NCBI GenBank assembly: GCA_038087875.1 | Contig: CM075979.1 | Coordinates: forward strand, 24,428,001-24,492,000 | DNA: 64,000 nt | Source of the DNA: Malacoraja senta | Taxonomy: Eukaryota | Reading direction: 5' to 3' | Translations under genes and position numbers: made by a program | The notes under the pieces: generated by a model | What the model saw: only the letters and a program-made list of their open reading frames with translations | Told to the model about the DNA's origin: nothing | Database searches by the model: none | In this document: piece by piece, positions 1 to 12,363 of the stretch | Position numbering within the stretch: the first letter of the stretch is position 1 | Layout: each line of letters begins with the position of its first letter

Positions 1-1087
1 CAGAAAAATATTTTCCGTGGGCCTTCTCTGAACTTGTCTTCACATTGATGCTCAGCACCTGTCATGAACTGAATGCAAAGTTGTCAACAGTAAGAATTCT
101 GTTCAAGTTTCAAAGTGCAGAATGGAGATAATGTGCAATTATTTTTAGCTGAAAGATGTCATGATCCATGTCTGCTTCTCAAATCTCTATTTACCTTTGC
201 AATAGCTGAGATGTGCATTAATCCTAGAACCTGTACACAGAAAACAAATTAAGTTACCTCCTTTCATAACATAATCAAACATTATTTTATTTGAGTTTTG
301 CATTACTGACCACAACTTTGGCAACATGTCCAATCTCATTTGAAGAAGACAATCCAACATCCTTTCCACAGACTATGCATTTGTTTGAACTTTGTATGTC
401 TGAACACTCCCCAATTAATGTAAGCATGTAGGTTTGGGCTGGGAACAGTTAGATTCAAAGAAGGAGGAGAATGAACAAAAGTAATATATCCTGGAGAAAA
501 CTGTGGTTCCTCTAATTGATGACTGATAAACAATAATTAATCATTATATTATTGAATCCTTGATGAATTGCAAATGTTTTACCAATTCTAAGAGTACAAA
601 AACCAAAACAAGAAACAAGGAACAAGGAACTGCAAATGCCAGTTTACAAAAAAAAAGGCACAATGAGGTAGATAGTAGCTCAGGGCCGCTCTTTAGTCGT
701 TGATAGGATGGTTCAGTTGGCTGATAACAGATGGGAAGAAACTGTCCCTGAATCTGCAGGGATGCGTTATCTTTTACACTAATATTTTAATTTGTTGTCA
801 CATGTACCAAGGTACAGTGGAAAGTTTTTGTTGCGTGTTACCCAGTCAGTGGAAAGACGATACATGATTACAATTGAGGTATCCACAGTGTACAGATATA
901 TGATAAAGAGAATAACGTTCAATGCAAGATAAAGTCCAGTGAAGATAGTCCAAGGGCCACCAATAAACTCCAATTTGCTATAGCCCGGATAAGCATTTCT
1001 AATCACTTTCTTATAGCTTTTGTCTCACAATTATTTTGAAGCATGAGTCTAAATGTGAATAATTTGCCTCTTCTATTTATATTACAG

Positions 1088-1202
1088 GGAAGTCGAGGAG
1101 AACTTCTCTTGTCATTGTGTTACAACCCTACTATCAACACTATCACTGTGAACATAATTAAGGCAAGGAATCTGAAAGCCATGGACATAGGGGGTACATC
1201 AG
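1088..1202 (+). CDS. SYT7: Synaptotagmin-7 internal coding exon, start of C2B domain ([38 protein letters not shown])
   Basis: Acceptor ttacag|GGA and donor TCAG|gtaggt; 115 nt (phase 0 to 1). Peptide is nearly identical to vertebrate SYT7 C2B as recalled. Confidence 0.96.
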
Positions 1203-1898
1203 GTAGGTACAAAAATATTCCTGTTGATTGTCATGTACTGAGTTTGAAGAGAGAATAATAATCTACCTTTGCATTGTCACCAGGTGTTCCCTCTTTTGTA
1301 GTCAGTTCAAATGTAATCGAGTTGCATTGGTTACACAAAATGCACCAACAAGGTTTCAGAAGGCACACTATCCAATAGGATATTGTGTTACAAGTCACGG
1401 AACAGAGGCTTGAAAGCGTGCATCACCTGACTCTGGAACAACTTCTTCCCCTCTGGTATCAAGCTTCTGTATGGTCCTTCAATAAACTAGGGTACTGTCC
1501 AATTCACCTCCACCCCATTTGTGGAGGGAATGGACAGACCGTGTTTTCAATTGGGATGATGAATCTAATTCTCTCTGGAAAGAGCACTGAGATATTTGAA
1601 AGTAATTAAGTTGGAAGTCTTTCAGTTGTCTTTGAATTGAGTGGTTGTCCCCCAACTATGGACAATATTGCTTTTTTTAACCTTTGTCAAATCCCTGCAG
1701 CAAAATCCAACCTACTCCAATGTGTCTGGGCACAAATTCAATAAAGTTCACTCTTTTGTATCTTGAGTACTACTCTTGACCTATTCTTCTTTAAGAAGAC
1801 TGAGACCAGAAATACTGATGCAGGAGGCTGGCAAAAGAACTCCAGGAAGCCAATCCTTTCTCAGAGAAAATGCGGTTTGCTGACCTCGAAAAATATAA

Positions 1899-2590
1899 TT
1901 AGTTTAGAGATACAGCATGGTAACAGGCCCTCCGGCCCATCGAGTCCATCCCATCCATCGAACAGTCATTCACACTAGCTCATATGTTATAGGAGTAGAA
2001 TGAGACCATTTGGCCCATCAAGTCTTTTCTGCAATCATGGCTGATCTATCCTCTCTACCCTATTCTCCTGCCTTCTCCCCATAACCCCTTGTACCCATAC
2101 TAATCAATAATCTATCAATCTCCACCATAAAAATATCCATTGACTTGGCCTCCACAGCCTTCTGTGGCAATGAACTCCACAGATTCACCACTCTTTGACT
2201 AAAGAAATTCCTCCTCATCACCTTTATAAAGCTACGCTATTTTTGTTCTGAGCCTATGGCCTCTGGTCCTAGACTCTCCCACAGTTCTTTGTTATCCCAC
2301 TTTCACATCCACTCCCTATCCACTAGGGACTATTTTCAGAAGCCAATTAACCCACACACCCGCATGTCTTTGGGATGTGGGAGGAAACCGGAGCACTCGG
2401 AGGAAAGCCACAAGCGTCACAGCGAGAACGTGCCAACTCCACAAACACAGCACCCAAAGTCAGGATCACAGGGCCTGTTTCCGCGCTGTATCTCTAAACT
2501 AGACTAAAAACTAAACTAAATGGGGCATCTCGGACAGCATGGATGAATCGGGCCAAAGGGCCTGTTTTTATGCTGTATGACTCTATGACA
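1899..2590 (-). mobile_element. SINE interrupted by a CR1 3' fragment (~1990-2282), plus SINE/LINE tail pieces, in SYT7 intron
   Basis: Recognisable SINE body and CR1 3' UTR motifs. Confidence 0.6.
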
Positions 2591-3055
2591 TTGGATGAGG
2601 CACTGAAGGAAGTTTACATTTCACGAGGCCATAAAAGTTAAGCTTTTGTTGTTCATAGTTTTTTATTGGGAACAAAATTCCTGAATTCCAAACAATTGCT
2701 TGGCGGTTGTGGTTATTTAAATCTGGCAATAGTCCAAACATACAGCTTCTAAACTGTTGAAATGTTAATGGCGACAGATAATGTTCTCATTAATCTCAGC
2801 TAAATTTAAGCAGAGGTCCAAATGTCTGTGAAATATACCCTTTGTCTTCTCCAGTGCCGTTAGATGCTGCTATTACATTTATGAGGTCACAGGCTGTTCC
2901 TGGTTGCAAACATTTTCTCAGCAACATTTTCGTATCTACTTGCTTTTTCACCATCACAAGAAGGAATGTTTGTACTCAATGCAACTATCATATTATTGAT
3001 CATAGCTGTAAAAAGTAATTTAAACTAATTGCTCTGTGGTCTTCTTTATTCACAG

Positions 3056-3255
3056 ATCCCTATGTTAAAGTTTGGCTCATGTACAAAGACAAGAAAGTGG
3101 AAAAGAAGAAAACAGCTGTGTTGAAGAGATGCTTAAACCCCATCTTTAATGAGTCTTTCGTGTTCGACGTACCAACAGAAATATTGAGGGAGACAACTAT
3201 TATAATCACTGTGATGGATAAAGACAGACTGAGCAGAAATGATGTTATTGGAAAG
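3056..3255 (+). CDS. SYT7: Synaptotagmin-7 penultimate coding exon ([20 protein letters not shown]...[14 protein letters not shown])
   Basis: Acceptor tcacag|AT and donor AAG|gtacgg; 200 nt, phase matches the previous exon. Contains the polybasic KKKT stretch and C2B Ca2+-ligand aspartates. Confidence 0.97.
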
Positions 3256-4072
3256 GTACGGAGTCAAACCAACGTTAAACACAGTGTTCCTCCCTCAATA
3301 ATCCAAGACGTATCTCCTCATTCTTATGAAAAAATAACTGCAGTCTTCTTAATGTCTCCTCAAATAGCAACACCCCTGTCCAGAAGCAATCTAGGGAACC
3401 TTTATCTCATGCTCTCTATAGAATGGATATTCTACTTGAGGCCTGGAGTCCAGAACTGTGAATGATATTCGAGGTGCAGTCTACACGGAAGCCTCTACAT
3501 GCACCCCCTAACCTGTCCTATCCATGTACATGTCTAAATGTTTCTTAAACGTTGTGATAGTACCTGCTCAACGACCTCATCCGGCAGCTCATTCCATACA
3601 CCCACCATGCTTTGTGCACAAAAGGTTACCCCTCAAGTTCCTATTAAATCTTTTTCTCCTCACATTAAATCTATGTCCTCTGGTTCTTAATTCCCCTACT
3701 CTGGGTAAAATACTCTGCATTTACACCCATCTATTCCTTACATGATCTTATACACCACTACAAGACACCCCTCATCCTCCTGCGCTCCAAGGAATAAACT
3801 CCTCGCCTGCTCAACCTCTCCCTATAGCTCAGGCCCTGAGTCCTGGCAACATCCTAGTAAATCTTTTATGCACCCTTTCCAGCTTAACAACATCTTTCCC
3901 ATAAAAGAGTGACCAAACATGAACACCAATATGTCCTCACTAATGTCTTGCACATGTACAATGCACGCAGGAACAAAAAGGGAGGAAAATTCTGGGAAAA
4001 AAGGATCAAATTCGAACCAAACTACGATCTTGCACATTGTGTAATTGTCTGGTTGCTTTTTATCACCCGCAG

Positions 4073-4177
4073 ATTTACTTATCTTGGAAAAGTGGTCCCG
4101 GTGAGGTCAAGCATTGGAAGGATATGATTGGGAAACCACGACACGCTGTGGCTCAGTGGCACCAACTCAAGGCATGA
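4073..4177 (+). CDS. SYT7: Synaptotagmin-7 terminal coding exon ([34 protein letters not shown])
   Basis: Acceptor cccgcag|ATT; 105 nt ending in TGA at 4175-4177; has the synaptotagmin C-terminal WHxL motif. Confidence 0.97.
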   Translation: MYLSWKSGPGEVKHWKDMIGKPRHAVAQWHQLKA

Positions 4178-7100
4178 TTTTTCATCAAATCAAAGAAGTT
4201 TGCATTTTAAGTATGCACAATGAAGCACCTGGACTAACTTCATGGATTACTCAGCCATCAATCTGGGAGTCTAGCAGCCAATCCATACACCATGGACTTT
4301 ATAGCATTGAGCTGCCAGGGACATTTTTTAAGTCGAGAGGTCATATCCACCTTGTGCTTCAACGACCATCTCCCACCCAGCACTCTGCACCCTCCTCCCC
4401 AACCTCCTCCCTCGACAAAAGAAATTTGCATTTTGGGGTCGCGATACAACTCATTCTGTGGTCGCGGCGAGTAGTCACATGGCTTAGACTTTTAGTTTCA
4501 ATTTTTCCGGTGACAAAAAAAAAGCAAATTGTTCTTCCAGTAGTGAGCGAGTTTATAGCTTTGGGGGAAAAAATTACGTGTCATTTTTTTCCAAAATAAG
4601 ATGGTATTTTAATTTTCTGGTGCAGACGTTTATGCTTATGGTTCTAAAGACTACTTTTTTATTTATCTTGATTAACCTAGAGGGTGAGTAAACATGAGAA
4701 AACAGGAATTTAAAATCTGTGTATGTCTCTGTGTGTGTGTTGTGTGTCAGTAACTGTATAAAGTGTGTTTTGGTGCACACAAAAGAATATTCAGCCACGC
4801 CCTTAATGCGTGGGTTATTTTCTCTGCACTTTTTAAAATGAACAGATTTGGTTATGAAAAAAAAATGCAATGGAGGGATATGGGGTTTCTAGAGGTGGTT
4901 TTTAAGTGGGCAATGTCTGGTTTACACAGTATTTCAACTTGCTTCTCCTTCATCCAGGGTTTATAGAGCTATTGTACTGGAAAACAAAAATCCCAAAGGA
5001 TTACCATACAGAAAATCTATAATGTTGCACACAGTATATGCCTGCCAATCCAAAGGCGACAGATAGCAATTGTAAAATATTGTATTGATATTCCTGTAAA
5101 AGTCCTGTCAAGTAACATTGTAGATCACCATGCATTTTCTCGGCATTTCTGTATTATCAGGTGCATGAAAAACAACATTATTTGGTGGTGAGCAAAGTTC
5201 CTTCATTTTGGTTATTTAGATGAATTCATGAAGGCTATAGGCTGGGGTTGGGGCAGTGCCGTATAGACACTGAGCACAGATCCAGAGTTCTTAACAACAA
5301 CACCAACAACAAAATCCCTGTCCTATCCTCCTCTTGATTTACCTGTCTCTATCACAATCAGACAGAGAAGTTAATTGGAGATCTACTTTTCCAATCAGAG
5401 AATCGGATATTGCATCTTGTTCTGGGCCAATGAATAGTTAACTGCAACTTAGACTCTATAGAAAAAATGTAGGTATCTCAGTGCAGTATAGAGTATTATT
5501 TGAAGTGGCACAGTGAGCGTGGTGCTGGTGTATGGAAGGAGCTGCCAGAGAAGGTATTTGAAGCAGATACTATAACAGCATTGAAAAGAGATTTGGACAG
5601 GTGCATGGATAGGAAAGCTGTAGAGAGATATGGACCAAATGCAGACAGGTAGGACTCGTACAGATGGGCATCTTGGTTGGCATGGGAAAGTTGGGCCGAA
5701 TGGCCTGTTTCCATGCTGTATGACTCTATGACGGGATCTGGAATTCAACTTTGGTTGCCAATTTGAGGCATGTTTTTGAAAAGAGGTGACAGGCTCCCGT
5801 TGGTTTTGAGCTACTCTTACAGATCTACTAATAAAGCAATATTTCCAACAGGCAGAGGGGTCTGAGTTAAAAATCATGATTATTTCACATCCTGTTCCCA
5901 CTCTACAATGTGTGCTCCACAATGTAGAATTTCATGCAGAGAAACAGAATTCAAAAATCCTTAGCAAAGTACATCTGTAGTTCCTTGTGTCTCAATCCCC
6001 AAATCTATTTTTGCTTTGGGGATATATTGGGCCAACAAAGGGAGCGATCATGTACAGTTAGTTGTCAAGTAAATCTCTTGCAATATCAGTCAATGCTAAA
6101 CCAAGTCTGTTCTGAACAGTATGTTGATAACATCTGCTAGAAATGGCCATCAACTGTGGAAATATATAGACACATTCACTCAGAGTATTATGGCCCATTT
6201 ATGCCGTGATCCCATGTTAATTAGAACAGGAATAGTTCTGCCCACAGTCACTTCTTGTTAAGTGAGTGATAGCATCTTCCCAACAGTCCAGGCTTTATAT
6301 GAATCGAGAGATGATGAGCCAGCATTTAACTCTGAGCCATATGTTCCTATATCTTGCACCTAAATCCATATTGATCCCATTAAATGACTGTTTAAGCTGT
6401 GGTTTTATGAAGATTGGTAGGTAAGAGTATGTTTTCCGATTGTACATTTAGCTTTATTTATCAGGGAGAACATTAGGCATGAAGGTCGTGATTGTGCGTT
6501 CATTGATTCTTGATCTTATGCCAATCAACTCCTCTCGAGCGAATTTCTACATTTGCATCACATGCATCGAGATTTGGTTTCATAATGCTAGTACTCCCAT
6601 TAGTGTGGGGAGCGTAAACATTTGGTGTTTCTGATCCCAGTCCTTTAAAGCCTTTATTCAAAGTACCCCAATTATTTATGAATGCTCCTCAGAACAGCAT
6701 TCACTTGCAAAATTCAAGAAGGAAATCCCATATCCCCAATGGAGTGGTATTAATTTTTTATTTAGCAGAAGTCTACAGTAACAGGTGAACCTGTGAATAC
6801 ATTCTGATTTTCACCCTGCAAGCTTAGATGCACCCTTCAGATGAAAATCAGCATTTTGGTTTTAGTCCTCCACACAACCGAAAGGGAGATTCTGCTCTAG
6901 ATTGGCTTGCCTTCGCAATAACACATCCCCTGTCTGAGATATTCTAATGGTTTCATTCTTCCTCTTTTCTAGGCAAATTAAACTCAGGGGCACTGTGAGT
7001 TGTTGATAAATATTACCAAAGGTCTGGGTTAAATTAAGAAAAAGAATCGGGAAGATTCACAACAAAGTGAGCAATGACAAAGGGCTACACAGTAAGCAAA

Positions 7101-7204
7101 AACCATTGTAACAGTTGGGACGGCCATGCTACAAATGGCCCTCCTCTCTGCTCACTCCAATCCCCAAGTGACAATAAATTACCTGAGCAAAGTACCGAGT
7201 CATT

Positions 7205-7404
7205 GAAGGACACAAAGTGCTGCAGTAACTCAGCAGGTCTGGCAGCATCTCTGGAGAACATAGATAAGGACTCAAAAGAAGGGTCCCGACCCGAATCGTC
7301 ACCTATCCATGTTCTTCAGAGATGCTGCCGGGCCCATTGAGTTACTCCAGCACTTTGTGTCCTTTTGTGATTTAACCAGCATCTGCAGTTCTCTGTTTCT
7401 ACAA
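7205..7404. mobile_element. Palindromic Penelope pLTR-derived insert
   Basis: ACACAAAGTGCTG..GTAACTCA arm inverted against TGAGTTACTCCAGCACTTTGTGT; GAGTCATT duplicated at 7197-7204 and 7405-7412. Confidence 0.7.
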
Positions 7405-9146
7405 GAGTCATTTCTACAAAAGCTTAAGGGAAGTGCAATGGTGAAAGGACAAGACATCCCACCTCCTCAGCAAGGATAAAAATGAAGTGGGAACATTGTT
7501 GAAATGTATAATGTCTCAATTTGACTAGTGTAGCTTCCCATCCATGTAAACAAATTGACATTTTAACTGCTAGAGTAACATCTCTAATATGTTGTCCAGT
7601 CGATTTTTCCAACATTTTACTATCCTTTTGTGTGTTAGGATACTGAGTTTAAACGATGTTCGCTACCAGGATCTAAGGCATTCACTAATCTAACATATTT
7701 CAAGTAATTAAAATATTACTTAATTAAAATCCTTTTCAATATTGGACTTACCTGGCACTGGATACTGAGTTTATCAAACTTTCCCTTATCGCCCGCTCCT
7801 CACAGCCTTTCCCTCTGACCCAACTCTAAGGAAAATAAATAATGATTTTTACTGCTTTTAATGATTTGATAATGTGGTGAGAAAACCCTAAAATCATGTG
7901 AGAATTATAATATCTTCCATTTTTTAGGTAGCATTACAAAGAGTATATTTTCAGTAGTAAACCTTCACCAAACATTCACTGTCTGCCAAGCATGCTTTAA
8001 AGATTACAAGGAGATGCAAGAATTCCTCAGAGGCATGATAACCATTTTAATTGCTTACGCTTTCTTAATCAATATTTTCAGGTTCCTCAGTTGTCATATT
8101 AAATATTTGTTGATGCTGTTGATTATATGTTAAACAGAATTAATTTAGCTAATAAGTTCCTTTTATTTATTACAGTGCCTGGTCCCCATTTGGCATGTAG
8201 TTAATCTGTATTTGGTGAACATGGTAGGACTTGCATACAAAACAAAGCCTTTCACTGTATCTCAGTACACGTGACAATAATGATAAACCAAACCATTTGG
8301 CTACATTAAATTATAAAGATGATTTAAATTCCTGCGCTAAGATTTTGGAACACAATTTAAGCAGCAGGCTGCCACGGAAGTTGGTGTCACTTTCTCTTAA
8401 CTCCAAAGATCCAAATTTGATCTTGACCTTGGGTGCTGCCTGTGTGGAGTTTGGATATTTCATAGAACTGTGTCAGCACATGAACAGGCCCTTCAGCCCA
8501 CAATGTCTTTAGACTTTAGAGATACAGCATAGCATTAAGGTGAAAGGAGCAACGTTTAAAAGAGTTGTGCGAGGCAACTTTTTTTACACAGAGAGTGGTG
8601 AGTGCCTGAAACACGCTGCCTAGGATGGTGGTGGAGGCAGATACTAAAGTGGCATTTAAGAGAGTTTTGGATAGGCACATGGATATGCAGGGAATAGAGG
8701 GATATGAATTATGTACAGGTAGATGAAAATCAGTCTTGACATCATGTTCGGCACAGACTTTGTGGGCCGAATGGCCTGTTCTTGTGCTGTACTGTTCTTT
8801 CTTTGTAATACAGTTAAATGTGGGTGTTCCTGCAAGCAGTTCTGTAGTTTGTATTACATGCACCTCCTCTCAACTTTACTCCTTTCAAAGAATAAAGTGC
8901 TGTAGGAACTCAGCGGGTCAGGCAGCACCTGTGGAGGGAATGGACAAACATCCTATGAACAGTGCCAACCCGAAACGACAATGACCAAAAAGCTGATCCA
9001 TTCCCCTTGCCTGACCTGCTGAATTCCTCGAGCGTTTTGCTCAAGGTTTCAGCATCTGCAGTCTCTTGGGTCTCCTCTTCCCTCCTTTCATGGGAGTCAC
9101 CGTCCTTATAGAGAGAAACCTCTCTCCCCATGTTACAAGAGTCCCA

Positions 9147-9243
9147 GGTACACAAAAATGCTGGAGAAACTCAGCGGGTGCAGCAGCATCTATGGAGCGA
9201 AGGAAATAGGTAACGTTTCGGGCCGAAACCCTTCTTCAGACCC
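9147..9243 (-). mobile_element. Short Penelope pLTR-derived insert with hammerhead-like core
   Basis: Minus strand GGGTCTGAAGAAGGGTTTCGGCCCGAAACGTTACC; flanked by TTACAAGAGTCCCA at 9133-9146 and 9244-9257. Confidence 0.8.
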
Positions 9244-12132
9244 TTACAAGAGTCCCATTCAGGCTTTGTCATTTACAAGTTATTTTTTAATCTTTTACCA
9301 GGTTTGATCTCTCTTTTCGTGACTACATCTAATCTTGTCATCATTTTTAATCACTTATCTTGTTTCCCTTTTATCCCCTTACATTTCGTATGGGCAGAAA
9401 TAGGCCATTCGGCCCTTCAAGTCTACTCCGCAACGTCTATTTTAACAGTATTTTGAAGAAATTATTCTATGTATTAAGTTCTCCTAAAATTATGTCTCAA
9501 TGACACACTAAACATGTTTAAGAAAACTTACTTTGATTCTACAAAATTGTACCTTTGCTGAGATCCAGTAAAACGGCTTTAAATTATCCAGATATTTTTT
9601 AATGGAGGGTTAATCATATTTAAATAATTTTATTTTTCCTCAGTAGCCAACAAAACCTTCCATTTTTATTTGTAGGATTAATGACTTTCAGGCACTTAAA
9701 TGACCATGTTAGCTGGTCACATGAGATGGTGTTCACATAAAGATCAAGTCACTGGATGGAATTGGTGTGAATCATCTCAGTAACAGGACTCGTGGGGGAG
9801 TGGGGACTGAATACATCCTGTGGCCCCTTCTCCTAGCCCTCTTCATTTCCTCATCTTTTTCCTACATTCTTATAAACCCCCTGCAATTCAAAATGGTTCC
9901 ATTGTGCATATAGCAGAGTATAGATGTGGCTCTACTGATCCCAGCAGCTTTTAACCAAGCAATAATTACCAAGGACATGCCTGCTCTACGCCAACATCTC
10001 TTTTGATTTGAACTTATGAAGATTAGTGCAATTTTGTGAGTAGAAGTATCATCTTTCTCACTAGCTGACACAAGCAATTTTGTTTTGTCATCTTAGCAAA
10101 CCATTGGGCATTTATTTATGGTATATTTGCAAATTATTTTGATTTGATCAGTTGAAAAGTTGAAAGTGTAACACCTAGGATTATTTCCAATAGATTTCAA
10201 TACCTTAGCCAAGGTTGTGTTTCCTAGGCACCATATGCACAAAATGCAATTGAGAGAAAACCTCACAAATACCCGGGATGATGGAATAGAAGGCGGTGCT
10301 GTGGAGATGGATAATGTAGGGTAGATAATGCTTGTGTGGAGCATAAATGGGAGCTTGGATCGTCTGTCCCTGCACTGCACATCCAATGTGAATCCAGATA
10401 ATCACCTACAAGCAGGAATGCCATCCAAGTAACTCAGACAACAGCAACACCTCCCACAGCCCACTGTGTGTTGGCTGACAATGTCGCTCAGACAAAAAAG
10501 CAGAAAGACTTGTATTTATATAAGCTTCTTTCTTGACCTCAGGATCCCCAAAGTGCTTTACTGCTACTGAAGTACTTTAACACTGCAGTAGCTGTGGTAA
10601 TCTTGGAAACGTAGGACAGCAAGTTATGGATAAAATGGATGATTTGGCTGCATCATTGACTGTGGGATAAACAGAATGGTTGAGTTAATAAAATTGCTCT
10701 TCTAATAATGCCATAGGATATTTTACATCCCACTGATAAGGACATCAAAAGTCCTGTTTAATGCTTCATCTGAAAGAACAGTCCAGCACTCTTCCTTTGA
10801 CGGTGAGTAGTGGCTGACACTTCATCCAGAATGAAGGATTACACCGTAAATATCTTGGTCTGCCCCAGGTGTACACTGACCAATGCCTCTACAAACAGGG
10901 TCACTGTAATTTATATCAGGGAATGATCTCACGGCTCCTGAATAATTGATTTAGATTAAGATTTAGGGATATTTGCGTATCTTGCAGTTAGTTAAAGCAC
11001 ACTCAAGTGGTGAGGAGGATAAGGTTTGGAAGATGTTCTGCCTTGGGCTGGTTAGTTTGACCTTGTCAGACAGGAGTTGATCATAAAGTGATAATTCTTT
11101 GCCATTTTGTACAACCCATTTCACAACACATCTCTTGGAATTCCACCCAATATAAAATGGCCGATTTCAAGGGACATTGTCTTTTTTAATAACCAGGCCT
11201 TTTCTTATTCCCAAATAAGGAGACAGTTTGGCTACTGTTTATAGAGAGAAAAGACCCCCTTAATAGGGATAAGTGACCCCCCAATGCTAATACAAAGATC
11301 AAATGCCAACTTACTAGTCTCGGGTGTGTTTCTCTAACTGTTTGCTCCCATCCAAATTGTTTTGTAGTATGTGCTAGATCCAGTACATATCCAGTAAACC
11401 TTTTAAAGACAGATGTTTAGCTAGAACCTTGAACATCAATGGAGTGATATGGTGCTAGTTGATTTTCAGCATACAAATGAATTGCTACATTTGTATGAAA
11501 TTTCCCAGGCCACTATTTTAACAAAGATGCATAGTGTGATTTTAAAATTACAAGTCAATTCTACTCCTCATTCTTCATCACCAGTTTGACAAGTGTCTCT
11601 CTATCCCGATGTAAGGACAGATCCTTGGTTCCGTTAACATTTGCTGTATAAACCAGATATTGCATTTTCTTTGCAGGTTAACTTTCCTTTTTGTTTTGCC
11701 TAGTCTTACTTTCAAAGCTACTGAAAATCAAAGCTGTTATGTGACCTGCTACACACCTTGAAGTTTAAAGGAAAGTCGGAAATTCATTTATTGTAGTTGG
11801 CTGAACCCCATTTTGGTCAGACCAGCCAGTGGAATGCTGTTGAACTTCAATAGGTCTCTCTGATTGACAAATAGTGGAGCAAATTCATTGACCAAATCTA
11901 AACTCTTCCAAAGCTCCTTTCTTCCCCCTGCTATAAATTGATCAGAACAAGTGTCCAGTGAATTCACAAATGTGACAATACTCAAAGATCTTAAAGGTGG
12001 GATTACTCCCCAAAGTACGTTAAGGATATGTTGTGCTGTTGTAGGACATAGGAATTAATCATTAATTAAAGAAAACACAGGCCACTGAAGCTTTATACCC
12101 AACTCCTTCACCCCACCTGATCAGATATCCAA

Positions 12133-12363
12133 ACAAAGACAGACACAAAGTACTGGAGTAACTCAGCAGGTCAGGCAGCGTCCCTGAAGAACATGGATAG
12201 GTGACGGTTTTGGTTGAGACCCTTTCTCAGTCAGAAGAAGGGTCCTGACCTAAAACGTGACCTAACCACGTTCTCCAGGGATGCTGCCTGACCCACTGAG
12301 TTACTCTAGCATTAGTGTCTGTCTCTTGTTGTAAGCCAGCATCTACAATTCCTTGTTTCCGTG
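12133..12363. mobile_element. Palindromic Penelope pLTR-derived insert
   Basis: Inverted pLTR arms; CTGATCAGATATCCAA duplicated at 12117-12132 and 12364-12379. Confidence 0.75.

Noticed and set aside
3256-3465. Extension of the SYT7 ORF past VIGK
   Set aside because: Lies beyond a clear donor site; intronic, partly CR1-derived.
4114-4599. 161-aa ORF overlapping the SYT7 end
   Set aside because: Out of frame with SYT7, no ATG start, no recognisable homology; 3' UTR.
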